The notes under the pieces: generated by a model
Database searches by the model: none
The model's input: the letters and a program-made list of their open reading frames with translations, nothing else
Told to the model about the DNA's origin: nothing
Assembly (NCBI GenBank): GCA_963663965.2
Contig: CAXXFK010000015.1
Location: 224,001-288,000 of the forward strand
Length of the DNA: 64,000 bases
Direction: 5' to 3'
Source of the DNA: Sedimentisphaerales bacterium
GTDB lineage: Bacteria > Planctomycetota > Phycisphaerae > Sedimentisphaerales > SM23-30
Position numbers and translations under genes: made by a program
Part shown: positions 1 to 9,532 of the stretch, in pieces
Numbering within the stretch: the first letter of the stretch is position 1
Layout: the number at the start of each line of letters is the position of its first letter

Positions 1-134
1 AGTGCGCTCAGGGCTTCGCTTTCTGTTATGTCAGCCCCGGCATCGTCCATAATAATAAATTTCAGAGTCGCCGTGGCCCCTTGACCACGGGAGATTGTGG
101 GAGAACCCAGTTTTTCAGTGCAATTTATACTCAT
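1..134 (-). CDS. Phage tail-region protein, 5' part (runs off the window)
   Basis: ATG overlaps the tape-measure stop (ATGA); frame MSINCTEKLGSP... is open to base 1. Confidence 0.6.
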   Translation of the reverse strand, partial: MSINCTEKLGSPTISRGQGATATLKFIIMDDAGADITESEALSA

Positions 135-2452
135 TGAAAAGTAGCTCCGTTTAAGCGAATTTCGTCCACGAGGACACTCATGTTACTGTCGATTGACGAC
201 AACGAATTAGCCATCCTGTCTTCAACCCGGTTTGATGAACCCAGTTGAGTAGCGGCCCGGTCTGAAAAAGTCCCGGCCACTTTCGCTTCCACACCAGCAG
301 GCGTAGCCCCGGCCAATTGGCTCAGGGTTCCCGGAAGGTTTGCAAGCGGATTGCCATCTTTCTTTTTGTCATCCGCAGTGTCGCTCGAAGCACTTTCAAT
401 GGCGTTAATTGCCTCACGCCAAGAAGCCACAGCGTTCTTGTAATCCTGTTCAGTTTTGGAGAGTTTCTCTGACTGGTCAGACTGCATAGAAGCGTATTTC
501 TCTGCAAATCCCTGTTCCAGTCCCGTTCTTAGTTCATCGTAATTCTGAGCAATTCCAGCACGTTCAGACTCACGCTGGGAATTAATCTCTTGATTTTTTC
601 TGTCCATTTCCCGATTCAGTTGGTCCACCGCCGCCTTGCGGTCCTGATCGATGTAGCTCATAGCGGCATCGTAACTGAAATCCTTATCGATTTTTGACTT
701 AGCCCATGCCCATGCCTTAACCAAGCCTGAAGACCACTCAACCACAGATTGTGCGTGCCAGTTCTGGAAGGTCAGCCAAACCTTCTGAAAGAATGCCACA
801 GTCCCCGACCATGCCTGTTCAATGCCTTCCATGGATTTGATCGCTGTCAGTTCGATTGACAGCCAACTCATAGCGAGCCAGTTCTGAGCAGAGAACCAAA
901 TGTTCTGAATGAAGTTAATTCCTTTTTGCCATGCGATTTTTATGGCCGCCCATAGCACATCGACAGCAGCAGTCAGATTGCCCTGAGCCAGTGCTTTCCC
1001 CATGGCCGATATGGAAGCCTGTATGCCCGATGTCAACTTAGGGAACCGGGTCAATAGGTAATTGATCGCCTGACCTGAAATCTTGGAGAAATCAACAAAT
1101 CGGGCGGCCAGAGCAATAACTATTACAGACAATAATCCAATGGGAGAGATCAGAGCCAGGAACGCCGCCTTTGACAACGCCAGACTTGTTCCCAGAATTT
1201 TCAGGATTGAAACAAGTCCACCGAGCCCGACAGCAATCACTTTGGTTGCCAGCCCCAGAGTTAGAAGAGCTCCGCCGATCAGACCAATTCCGACAACGAT
1301 CACGCCCATGGTGACTATCAGGGCCCGGTTATTGTCAACCCATTCTTTGATTCTACCTAAGAGTGTTGTCAAGAGGTCTGTGACTGTTGATATTGGCTTA
1401 GCCAGTGCTGTTCCTATGGCAATGGCCACGCCTTCAGCCGCAGACATGATCCGTCTGAATGATCCACCAATGCCAGAGTCCATTTCTTTCGCTGTTCGTT
1501 CAGCCGTACCAGCCGACTTGTCAATTGCCTGAGACAGATTCTCAAAAACAGTCGAAGTAAGCTTGGCACCGCCCGTTACGGCTCGCAGTCCAAAGAGTTT
1601 ATTGAAGAGGTCCAGCTTTTCGGCTTGAGGCAGTTTTTGGGTCGCCGTCCCAAGGTCTCTCATAATATCTGCCAGATTGCGGAAGCGTCCTGATGCGTCA
1701 GTTACAGCAACGCCCTGCCCTTCAATCTCTTTTCGGATCGAAGGAGAGGCCATTCTTAGCATGATGTTTTTCAGGGTGTTACCGGCCATACTTCCCCGGA
1801 TTGCAAAGTTAGCTAGAGCCCCCAGAGACTTTGCTGTGTCTTCGAGAGTCATTCCAAACTCGGCGGCTACCGGGGCTGAATACTTCATAGCCTCGCCCAG
1901 ATCAGTTAAGGTCTGGGCAGAGTTGTTGGCAGTGGCAGTCAGCACATCGGCCACACGGCCCATCTGGTCAGCCTCGAGATTAAACGAACGCAAAGTAGAG
2001 GCGGCGATATTGGTCGCCTCTGCCAGCTCGGTCGTTGTTGCCCTAGACAGGTCCATAACCCCGGCAATAGAGTTCAGAATCTCTTTAGCTGTGAAGCCAG
2101 CACGCCCAAGCTCAACCATGCCAGAGGCCGCTTGCTTGGCTGTAAAGCTGGTTGTCGCCCCCAGAGTTTTAGCCTTTTCAACCAAGGCTTCAAACTCTTT
2201 TCCGGTCGATCCAGTGACCGCCTTAACTATTCTCATTTGGTCGTCGAAGTCAGCAAAGAGCTTGGTGGAGATCGCCATTGGGGTCGCTAGAATGGCGGAG
2301 GTTTTAAGCAGGGATTGTCCCATGGCTGTCACAGATCGGGAGAAGTTGGACAAGTCCCGCTGTGCCAGTTTGAGCCCGGCGACAAGCTTACTGCGATCAG
2401 CGTTAAGCTCGACGTAGGCCCGGCCTGCTTTTATGCCTTTGCCGAAAGCCAT
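131..2452 (-). CDS. Phage tail tape measure protein (TP901-like core)
   Basis: 773 aa, Ala-rich helical; core motifs KAKTLGATTSFTAKQAA, LGEAMKYSAP, AERTAKEMDSGIGG. Confidence 0.93.
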   Translation of the reverse strand: MAFGKGIKAGRAYVELNADRSKLVAGLKLAQRDLSNFSRSVTAMGQSLLKTSAILATPMAISTKLFADFDDQMRIVKAVTGSTGKEFEALVEKAKTLGATTSFTAKQAASGMVELGRAGFTAKEILNSIAGVMDLSRATTTELAEATNIAASTLRSFNLEADQMGRVADVLTATANNSAQTLTDLGEAMKYSAPVAAEFGMTLEDTAKSLGALANFAIRGSMAGNTLKNIMLRMASPSIRKEIEGQGVAVTDASGRFRNLADIMRDLGTATQKLPQAEKLDLFNKLFGLRAVTGGAKLTSTVFENLSQAIDKSAGTAERTAKEMDSGIGGSFRRIMSAAEGVAIAIGTALAKPISTVTDLLTTLLGRIKEWVDNNRALIVTMGVIVVGIGLIGGALLTLGLATKVIAVGLGGLVSILKILGTSLALSKAAFLALISPIGLLSVIVIALAARFVDFSKISGQAINYLLTRFPKLTSGIQASISAMGKALAQGNLTAAVDVLWAAIKIAWQKGINFIQNIWFSAQNWLAMSWLSIELTAIKSMEGIEQAWSGTVAFFQKVWLTFQNWHAQSVVEWSSGLVKAWAWAKSKIDKDFSYDAAMSYIDQDRKAAVDQLNREMDRKNQEINSQRESERAGIAQNYDELRTGLEQGFAEKYASMQSDQSEKLSKTEQDYKNAVASWREAINAIESASSDTADDKKKDGNPLANLPGTLSQLAGATPAGVEAKVAGTFSDRAATQLGSSNRVEDRMANSLSSIDSNMSVLVDEIRLNGATFQ

Positions 2453-2833
2453 TTACTCGGTCAGTCCTTCAATAATGGTTTTAATGTCCATAGCGGCCAG
2501 TGTTAAGAGTGGATCAGAGTCGGAGGCTTGAAGCTCTAAGATGACCTGATCCAAAACAATCAGGGCGTTTTGTCTCAGGTCGTCAGTGAGTTGGCCATCA
2601 GCAATGGCTTTGAAGCGTTCACCCAGAGAGATCCACCGGGCAAGTTTTTCAGACAATTCACAGGCTCTATCATTGCCCTGAGCACATTGCTCCTGCAACT
2701 GTTCTTGGTGGAGGTAAGCGTGGTTTAAAGCAATTCCAGTGGCAGTCTTGATTTTATTTTGGGGCGTTGTGTTAAAACATCCGGGAAGAAAAGCAAGGAC
2801 CATCAGAATTAGTACAAATCTTAAGGGTTTCAT
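2453..2833 (-). CDS. Predicted lipoprotein
   Basis: Basic N-terminus, hydrophobic stretch and lipobox-like LAFLPG-C. Confidence 0.7.
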   Translation of the reverse strand: MKPLRFVLILMVLAFLPGCFNTTPQNKIKTATGIALNHAYLHQEQLQEQCAQGNDRACELSEKLARWISLGERFKAIADGQLTDDLRQNALIVLDQVILELQASDSDPLLTLAAMDIKTIIEGLTE

Positions 2834-2852
2834 GGGTGTACTCCGTTTGGGG

Positions 2853-3437
2853 TTATCCGGGTCGTTTTATTGCGCCAATAAATTCGATCCGGGAGTCATC
2901 GATAAAATTGCTTGGGAATATATGCTTGGTCTTGTCGAGGTTGACATGGCAGTCCACAGACTCCAAACCGGCAAGCCCATACTCTGAGCAGATATACAGA
3001 TCGTTGTCTTCATGCTCTATTGGGGACCAGCCCACCTTGTCTCGGAGAAGGGATCGTGCAATATTGAAGATTTCCCGCTTGTCATACTTCGAGCCCTTAA
3101 GCTCTGTTATGAAGCGGACAAACTCTCTTTGCCTGTGATCCGGGAAGTCTTTGTGCCGAAGAATAATAATGCCTGACGGGTCACTGAGCCGCTTGGATAG
3201 CCAGATGTCGTGAACGCCGGTTCCTTCCAGACTTTCAGCGTTATAGACTATATCATTGCAGTCGTCCCGGTAGATAAGGGCCACATGGGTCCAGATTGAT
3301 CCGGTAAAGATATGAATACCTTTACTGAATTTCTCCTGACCGGCATACAGAGCAATATCGCCCGTTTTGACCATTTTCCTGAGTTCGGGATAATGGATTG
3401 GGGGCACGTCTGGAAACTTTTCGTGGCTTAAAATCAT
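2853..3437 (-). CDS. Permuted papain-like (NlpC/P60, YiiX/YebB-like) amidase
   Basis: GDI..., WTHVAL (His) precedes G.KYD and YICSEY (Cys), the permuted catalytic order. Confidence 0.8.
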   Translation of the reverse strand: MILSHEKFPDVPPIHYPELRKMVKTGDIALYAGQEKFSKGIHIFTGSIWTHVALIYRDDCNDIVYNAESLEGTGVHDIWLSKRLSDPSGIIILRHKDFPDHRQREFVRFITELKGSKYDKREIFNIARSLLRDKVGWSPIEHEDNDLYICSEYGLAGLESVDCHVNLDKTKHIFPSNFIDDSRIEFIGAIKRPG

Positions 3438-3850
3438 GGCTTAAAATACTTCTTAATTTGTTTGATCGTGTCTTTGTTCAATGGAATGCCATTGCCTTTG
3501 GATTTACTCCGTGCAACAAACGGATTGAAGTCGTAAGGCTTCTTGGGCTGAACATTTTTTCCTCGATTAATATTAAAGAGCATCGCTAACAGGGCAGAAG
3601 TATGAGACCAGTCTGAGCGTTGCTTGGCTTCTGCCATATCTAACAATTCTCTCAGGGTAAAAGGGTCGGGGTTGACCCCAACAATTCCTGCATACTCCGT
3701 GATAGTTCGCCAGACAGCTTGTTCATCACTGGGGCCGTGTCCAGAGTCTCGATTTTCTGGGACACCAGCGTCACCGCTTGCCGTACCACCTCCGCTGTCT
3801 TCGAGATAACGTTGGCTTTGTCGGTTCTGCCGGTTGAGAGGAAAAAATTT
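3434..3850 (-). CDS. Tail assembly chaperone frameshift extension (gpT-like), -1 frame
   Basis: -1 frame is open from the slippery site A AAT TTT TTC (3850-3841) to 3434; reads ...YAGIVGVNPDPFTLRELLDMAEAKQRSDW... Confidence 0.7.
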   Translation of the reverse strand, partial: KFFPLNRQNRQSQRYLEDSGGGTASGDAGVPENRDSGHGPSDEQAVWRTITEYAGIVGVNPDPFTLRELLDMAEAKQRSDWSHTSALLAMLFNINRGKNVQPKKPYDFNPFVARSKSKGNGIPLNKDTIKQIKKYFKP

Positions 3851-4137
3851 ACAAACTCATCCGTAAAGGCTGTGTGAGCGTCGAGGACCGCATCACCACT
3901 GAGCAACTCGCCAAAGTCTTCATCCGTGATGTTTCGGCCCTGTGCCTGTGGAAAGCACAGGGCATAAATAACATCGCAGATCAGGATTATGTCAGTCGCC
4001 AGCCGCTCGGCCAGTGTCGGCTCACCTTTTTCAAGGTCGAGCAAATTAACGTCAAGCATGGCCTTCACCCGCTTGATTGCACCAACGGTGATACTTAACT
4101 CCCACTGGTTTCCTTTAGCATCTTTAAAATACTTCAT
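3652..4137 (-). CDS. Tail assembly chaperone (gpG-like)
   Basis: Lies between tail tube and tape measure genes; contains the slippery heptamer. Confidence 0.75.
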   Translation of the reverse strand: MKYFKDAKGNQWELSITVGAIKRVKAMLDVNLLDLEKGEPTLAERLATDIILICDVIYALCFPQAQGRNITDEDFGELLSGDAVLDAHTAFTDEFVNFFLSTGRTDKANVISKTAEVVRQAVTLVSQKIETLDTAPVMNKLSGELSRSMQELLGSTPTLLP

Positions 4138-4177
4138 GTTTTAAAATCCTGTTGTTAGGGGTTAGTTTGGGTCAGAA

Positions 4178-4624
4178 TTAAGAACCGCCTTCATACCATG
4201 CGCCAAAGCGAGTCAGAACAAGAGACACGCTGACTTTCTGAGCGTCTTCCAGTGATTCAGATTTGGTGAAGGTCTTGACCGAGAAGTCGCCGACAATACC
4301 TTCAGAAGTTGAAGAGGAAGAAACTTCAGACAGGAAGGCCATGGCGAGCGTAGTGTCATTTAGCCAAGCGTTTCTGACAGCCGCAAAGCCAGCGTCTTCA
4401 GTGTCCCAGATCATCTCGAAATCAACCGTTGCCTCACGAACCGTTGTCACCTTGGCTCGCCAACCGCTATTACCACGAGTAGTAATGTCGGCCTCAGCCT
4501 TGTCAAAGTTACAGGTAACATCTGTGATGTTGTCGAGCAGAGTCATTCCAGAGGCATCTGTCGGGGCAGATGTACTCGAAGCGGCATAGTAGGCAGCCGC
4601 ATTCATGCCAAGTTTGTTAGCCAT
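4178..4624 (-). CDS. Major tail tube protein
   Basis: 148 aa beta-rich; EADITTRG.SGW, G.F.V..F...E; position in module. Confidence 0.8.
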   Translation of the reverse strand: MANKLGMNAAAYYAASSTSAPTDASGMTLLDNITDVTCNFDKAEADITTRGNSGWRAKVTTVREATVDFEMIWDTEDAGFAAVRNAWLNDTTLAMAFLSEVSSSSTSEGIVGDFSVKTFTKSESLEDAQKVSVSLVLTRFGAWYEGGS

Positions 4625-4636
4625 AATTAGGACTCC

Positions 4637-5056
4637 TTATGTGATAGAGTTATGCCACAATGGTGGCATTTGGTGTAATTCAATCTCGAACGCCGGTTCC
4701 ATGTAAGGACGTGGTTCGATATACAATCGTTTGTGTGGTATGTTGGCAATCCCGCCATGTTCCAGAACCTCCGGGGCGTTACTCCGGTTGTTGAGTTTCG
4801 CCGGGCCAATGACAACAGACTGAGTGTGAGCGTCATAGGCGAAAAAGATAAAATTTCTCAAAAGCCCGGTATGGCTATAGGGCGGCTTACCCGGTGCAGA
4901 CACGCCGTCTTTTGTCCTGATGCTTTGCTTGGCCCGAGTCCTGACAAACGCACCAAAGCGGGACAGCACCCGGCGAGTCGCCCGGCCAGTTGCCCGGATG
5001 ACCGCAGAGCGGTCAAAGAACATGGATTGCATTTGTTTCAAATTAAATTCAATCAT
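4637..5056 (-). CDS. Tail completion/neck protein (HK97 gp10-like)
   Basis: Basic; S.PG.PP..HTG.LR, LEHGG, PRPYMEPA motifs. Confidence 0.75.
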   Translation of the reverse strand: MIEFNLKQMQSMFFDRSAVIRATGRATRRVLSRFGAFVRTRAKQSIRTKDGVSAPGKPPYSHTGLLRNFIFFAYDAHTQSVVIGPAKLNNRSNAPEVLEHGGIANIPHKRLYIEPRPYMEPAFEIELHQMPPLWHNSIT

Positions 5057-5484
5057 CGATAGGCCAGAAAATTAGCGGTTATTACAGACAAAAAGACTCG
5101 TTTCTCCCTGAGAAGTTCAGCGGAGTAGAGGGTTTCAAAGCGGGTCGTCTCGCAAATAACGTCAGTGCTATCCACTACCAGAGCCAGAGCTCTCAAGTGG
5201 TCGTTGATTTCTTCAGACAGAGTAAGCAAGATGGCTATGTCTGAGTCTTGAGATATTTTCTGAGCCACACCGATGTTTATGGTGTGCTGGCTCATAAAAG
5301 TGTTCTTGCGGTTCGCTCTGGTGTTCTCGGTCAGGGCAGGCACAACGCTTACTTTCAAGTTGATCAGGTCTTTTACTTCTGACACCGGCAAAAACTCTTT
5401 GACAGCAGTAAACTCCTGCGAGAATTCAGTGCTGTTCAGGGCAGTTACCACAGCGTCAACTATTTGTTCAATGAATGAGGCCAT
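5053..5484 (-). CDS. Putative tail terminator protein
   Basis: 143 aa; position in neck module; overlapping start/stop. Confidence 0.55.
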   Translation of the reverse strand: MASFIEQIVDAVVTALNSTEFSQEFTAVKEFLPVSEVKDLINLKVSVVPALTENTRANRKNTFMSQHTINIGVAQKISQDSDIAILLTLSEEINDHLRALALVVDSTDVICETTRFETLYSAELLREKRVFLSVITANFLAYR

Positions 5485-5864
5485 TATTCAGTTGATCCAG
5501 TGTGAATAGTATGGACACGGATTTGATAGCCATAGGGATCGGCGTAACGCCAGTGGGAGTCACTCGGGCCCTTGGCTACTTCGTAGGTTTCCGTTTTTCC
5601 GTTTCTGGTTAGCTCTATTTCATCTCCAAGCTCAGGGATGGTCTGTGATTCATCTAAGATCAGATCAGCCGTTGATAAGACAAAATCGGGCTGTTCATAC
5701 TCGATTATGAAGCCAGATTCATCCGTTGCCTGTCGTCTGGCAAAAATTGGGGTTGCCGACAGAGTCACACTGTCTGTTCCCCGTCGATAAGTAACGCTCA
5801 CAGATAAGGACTGCGAATGTACTTTCTCGATTAATTCTGAGCCTTGTTGAAATAGATTGGTCAT
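5484..5864 (-). CDS. Head-tail joining (head closure) protein
   Basis: 126 aa; VTYRRG, P..GD.I, YEV, RVHT pattern; position. Confidence 0.65.
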   Translation of the reverse strand: MTNLFQQGSELIEKVHSQSLSVSVTYRRGTDSVTLSATPIFARRQATDESGFIIEYEQPDFVLSTADLILDESQTIPELGDEIELTRNGKTETYEVAKGPSDSHWRYADPYGYQIRVHTIHTGSTE

Positions 5865-5873
5865 GGTTAGTGG

Positions 5874-8015
5874 CTAAAGTGAATTAACAATGGTTCCATT
5901 TAAAGCTTGGTATTCAATCACAATGTCGTCGCCATCGGACAATGGTGTCGTTGCTGATGTGTCATCCGATTTAAGAGAGAAATCGATATACCCGGACTGA
6001 ATGGAGTTGGAAAGTGCTGAACCCATAAATGGGATTGTGCCCACTTTATATTCTTTAGTCGCAGAGCCAACCAGAGAGAGCATGTCGCCATTTTTTCTAA
6101 CAGCCAACATTGAATCCTCGTCCAGACTCCAAGGCACTCGATTTAAGGCAAATTTGTCTCCATAAGAAATCATTACAGAATCGCTAGTGGTTATGTTGGT
6201 GTCTATCCCAGTTGCCTTGGAAAAATAAACTCGATATAACTCACGAAAAGCAATATCAGTTTCGACAGTAACGGAACCGCCTGCTGGGGCTGTCATGGTT
6301 TCAATTTCGTAAACCATGTATTCACCATCTACATCATAACCATAGATAATCGCCTTAAGTGTTACATCGCCCTCGGACGAACTGGCATCGGTCAATGTGA
6401 TTTTCAGTGTTCGGGGATAGTCCAACTGTTCCGTTACGGTTGTATAGCGGGTTATATTGGCCGTTCCTGCGTTCAAGTAGCCGCATTCACTTTCATTGAA
6501 CTGCCATGCAGAAGTAAGCATGTCGCCCACAGCCACGTTATCAAACGTCTCTGTTACAACATCGAACCATCGGCAAGAACGTCCAGCCCATTTGTCAGTA
6601 CGATTGTCTAATACAGGGGGATCGCCCGGCTTAATCAAATATCGATTATTAGTTATAATGACATGGTATGGAGGATACTGGCTTGACGGTGCATTAAACT
6701 CGATACACGCAGAGGCGTTATATTGATTGCCCCATGACTGAGGAGCTTGTGCTATCGTGCAATTGTTAATGCCTAGAATATTAGGAGCGCTCAAGCCGCC
6801 TTTGAGATTGCCGACATAGATACAGGGATAGCCGCCTTCGGTCAAATTGCTACAATCCCAAAAATAATCTCTGTCCACTGTGATGTTTTTGCAGTTGCCT
6901 TCAATTCGCATACCTCCGGTTGCGTTACGCTGATTCAGGTTGTTGGTAAACCATACATTCTGGATAGAATTATGGCCTTGTAATACCACAGACGGACCAG
7001 AAGGGAAATAACCGTTGGTCGAGTCTGTTCGATCTTGCATCAACGTGCCCTGTTCCATTGTTACATGATTAATTAGGTACAGATAAGATCCCGGCGTATA
7101 ATTGGGAGCGCACAAATAAAATCCTGCGTCTCGGTTATGCTCAATTGGACATCGCCGAAAATACAAGGTCCATGCGTGACGGATAAATATACCGCAACCC
7201 TGAGCTGCTTCGATAAAACAATGTTCCATGCCAGCATCTTGCCATGAGGCCCCAAGGATACAGGGGATAGATAATTTAATCTGTCCATCGCTAGTGCTAT
7301 CAGCGGCCACGCCATTTAGTAGGACAAATTCAGTATTGGGTGAGTTGTAAGTCACCGTCTTAATTACCGCCATGCCATCATTGCTGGTTGAGCCGTATAT
7401 GCGAACTGCGTCCAATGGTTTAAAAATTGAGGTTAAATCTTCATTCGCAACCACAACGGTACTTGTTGAGGCGGTGGTTGAGGCAATGTCGTAAACATAC
7501 TCCTCTTGATACCCTTGGTTGCCGTGAATATTTACATGCTCAAAGTTGATGTTAGCGGTTTTAAGTGAGCCGGTAGAGGTCGGATTGTCCATGCGAGGGT
7601 CATAACCAATAATAAACATTGGTTTGTCTAGGTGATAACCCGCCTCGAAGCGTGTACCAAAAATACAGCCAGAACCGATCAGATCAATGCAATGCTGTTT
7701 CGTCGCTGTACTGAACCTGAGAGAATCTTCTAGTATAAAAGTCCCTTCAGAAAAGTAGATTGCGCCTCCATACATTGTCGGCTCTTCAGAAACTAGGTCT
7801 CGATATATGCCCGGCATAGAGTCAATCACGGCTTGGATTTTTGCCGCATCGGTCGTGCCATCACAAATTATATCTGCGTTTTGCTTGCTCTTGGCTGAAG
7901 CATCAGAAGCGGCAATGCGATAAGACACTTTACTCGATCCACCGCCCCACCATTGCGAAAAACATGGAACAGTCAAGCACAGCATTACAACTAAAGCGAT
8001 AGTAAATTTTTTCAT
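5874..8015 (-). CDS. Right-handed beta-helix (pectin lyase-like/tailspike-like) protein with N-terminal signal peptide
   Basis: 713 aa; MKK plus hydrophobic core; ADIICDGTTDAAKIQAVID...GGAIYFSEGTF cap; Asn/Gly-rich beta-helix repeats. Confidence 0.7.
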   Translation of the reverse strand: MKKFTIALVVMLCLTVPCFSQWWGGGSSKVSYRIAASDASAKSKQNADIICDGTTDAAKIQAVIDSMPGIYRDLVSEEPTMYGGAIYFSEGTFILEDSLRFSTATKQHCIDLIGSGCIFGTRFEAGYHLDKPMFIIGYDPRMDNPTSTGSLKTANINFEHVNIHGNQGYQEEYVYDIASTTASTSTVVVANEDLTSIFKPLDAVRIYGSTSNDGMAVIKTVTYNSPNTEFVLLNGVAADSTSDGQIKLSIPCILGASWQDAGMEHCFIEAAQGCGIFIRHAWTLYFRRCPIEHNRDAGFYLCAPNYTPGSYLYLINHVTMEQGTLMQDRTDSTNGYFPSGPSVVLQGHNSIQNVWFTNNLNQRNATGGMRIEGNCKNITVDRDYFWDCSNLTEGGYPCIYVGNLKGGLSAPNILGINNCTIAQAPQSWGNQYNASACIEFNAPSSQYPPYHVIITNNRYLIKPGDPPVLDNRTDKWAGRSCRWFDVVTETFDNVAVGDMLTSAWQFNESECGYLNAGTANITRYTTVTEQLDYPRTLKITLTDASSSEGDVTLKAIIYGYDVDGEYMVYEIETMTAPAGGSVTVETDIAFRELYRVYFSKATGIDTNITTSDSVMISYGDKFALNRVPWSLDEDSMLAVRKNGDMLSLVGSATKEYKVGTIPFMGSALSNSIQSGYIDFSLKSDDTSATTPLSDGDDIVIEYQALNGTIVNSL

Positions 8016-8050
8016 GGATTGTCCTTTAAAATTTCGTATGTCGTCAAAAA

Positions 8051-8377
8051 TTATGCGTACCCATACCGAACGGTTAATGAGGTATCATGGGTTTCAGATG
8101 AACACTGAATAGCTATCGAATAGCCAGATTTACCGGGGATCAGATAATCTGGGGCATATATTTCGGCTGGCGTGCCTCCCGGTATGTGGTATTTGCGAAT
8201 AAGAGTCCCATTGGACCAGAACGTAATTATTTGTGGCGTGTCCGAAGATATGCTCAAACCCAGTATCAGCGGAATGGAGTCCGCAACAGCCGAAACAATA
8301 GTCACCTGCTCATCGCTGTTGGATAAATCGAATGTGGTTTCCGGTGCAACAACAATATATTCATTAGCTTTAGGCAT
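8051..8377 (-). CDS. Hypothetical phage protein
   Basis: 108-aa ORF in operon with purine-rich leader. Confidence 0.6.
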   Translation of the reverse strand: MPKANEYIVVAPETTFDLSNSDEQVTIVSAVADSIPLILGLSISSDTPQIITFWSNGTLIRKYHIPGGTPAEIYAPDYLIPGKSGYSIAIQCSSETHDTSLTVRYGYA

Positions 8378-8401
8378 GGTTTGTCTTTCTTGAAAAGTGG
8401 T

Positions 8402-8629
8402 TTATTTCAAAGCGATTGTGACAGCGATTCCCAACGCTGTAGTAAGCAGAGTTATAATCATGCATACTGCCCATCCGGGTCGGCCCATTAATTTTTCCGA
8501 GATATTTTTAAGCTCAGAAAAAATTTGTCTTATGGTCACATCAGTTTCGTCTTGATGTTTTTCCAGTGCGTCGATTCGACTTTCATGGGCGGCGTGCATG
8601 GTACATTTTTCGTGTTCTTTTTCTGCCAT
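8402..8629 (-). CDS. Small coiled-coil protein with C-terminal TM helix (holin-like/XhlA-like)
   Basis: 75 aa; RIDALEK coiled coil; hydrophobic C-terminus; GGAG RBS. Confidence 0.55.
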   Translation of the reverse strand: MAEKEHEKCTMHAAHESRIDALEKHQDETDVTIRQIFSELKNISEKLMGRPGWAVCMIITLLTTALGIAVTIALK

Positions 8630-8721
8630 GGCGTAGAAGGGACTCCAAGGTGATTAAGACAGACAAGGGGGAGGCTCCCTTGTCTGTCAGCAAAACAGGA
8701 AGAAAAAAGATGGTTTTATTG

Positions 8722-9453
8722 TCAGGACTGGGTTGCCCAAGTGCCGACCATGGCTATGATCTGATAGCCAGCAGTACCACCATTCACGACATGGACCCAG
8801 TCGCCTTGAGCCGCAGTCGCTTTGGTATTCTGAAGGTCTTTGTCTTCATTGCCCGCAATATCCATGCCGAATATTCGGTCATTGGCATTGGGGCTCAGAG
8901 AAACCAGTGCGTCGCCATCCGTGGCCATGTTCTGAATGATAATGTCCTGCGGTGTGGCAATCGCCATGAGAGTCAGTGCGCCAGCATCGCCGGTCAACTG
9001 GAAGACCTTGCCGTTGTCTTCAGCGTCCAAAGTTTTTTGCCGTGGTCCCGGTGTATGTTTCATACACACGCTCGGGGAAGTATGGATACTTTGGATTGAA
9101 GACATTAAGATTAACAATTACTTCAGTGTCATCCTCTTCAGCCGTATAGACCGCCGAACCGGGAACCATGTCAGCGTCTTCCAGAAGCACAGTAGCGGCC
9201 CCGAGCCTGCAACTCCGTCCGCTGGATCAGCGTCAGCATCATAACCAACAGGCAGGCCAGCCTTGATTTGCTGTCCGTCCAGCTTGGGAATGCTGATAAA
9301 GCCCTGAGTCTGAAGAGAGTCTGTCTTGGTGTCGGCAATGTCCACAGGGGCAAGGCCAACCTGTCCATTGGCGAGCAGGATCAGTTGACCGCCAGTAATG
9401 TCAGCGGTTGCAACGTGGTCGGTCACTTCGCCTTTCTTATGAAATTCTGCCAT
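8722..9453 (-). pseudogene. DUF2190-like capsid cement/decoration protein with C-terminal extension, interrupted by two compensating frameshifts
   Basis: N-terminus DHVATADITGGQLI; family-typical end GSAVYTAEEDDTEVIVNLN lies in the -1 frame between G4 (9199-9202) and A6 (9033-9038); repaired length 243 aa. Confidence 0.7.
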
Positions 9454-9532
9454 GATAAAATACTCCGTATAGGTTTATGGTTGTGATTGGTTGAGGCTGG
9501 CCCCATGAGCGAGGCCAGCCGTTTCAGGTTAA

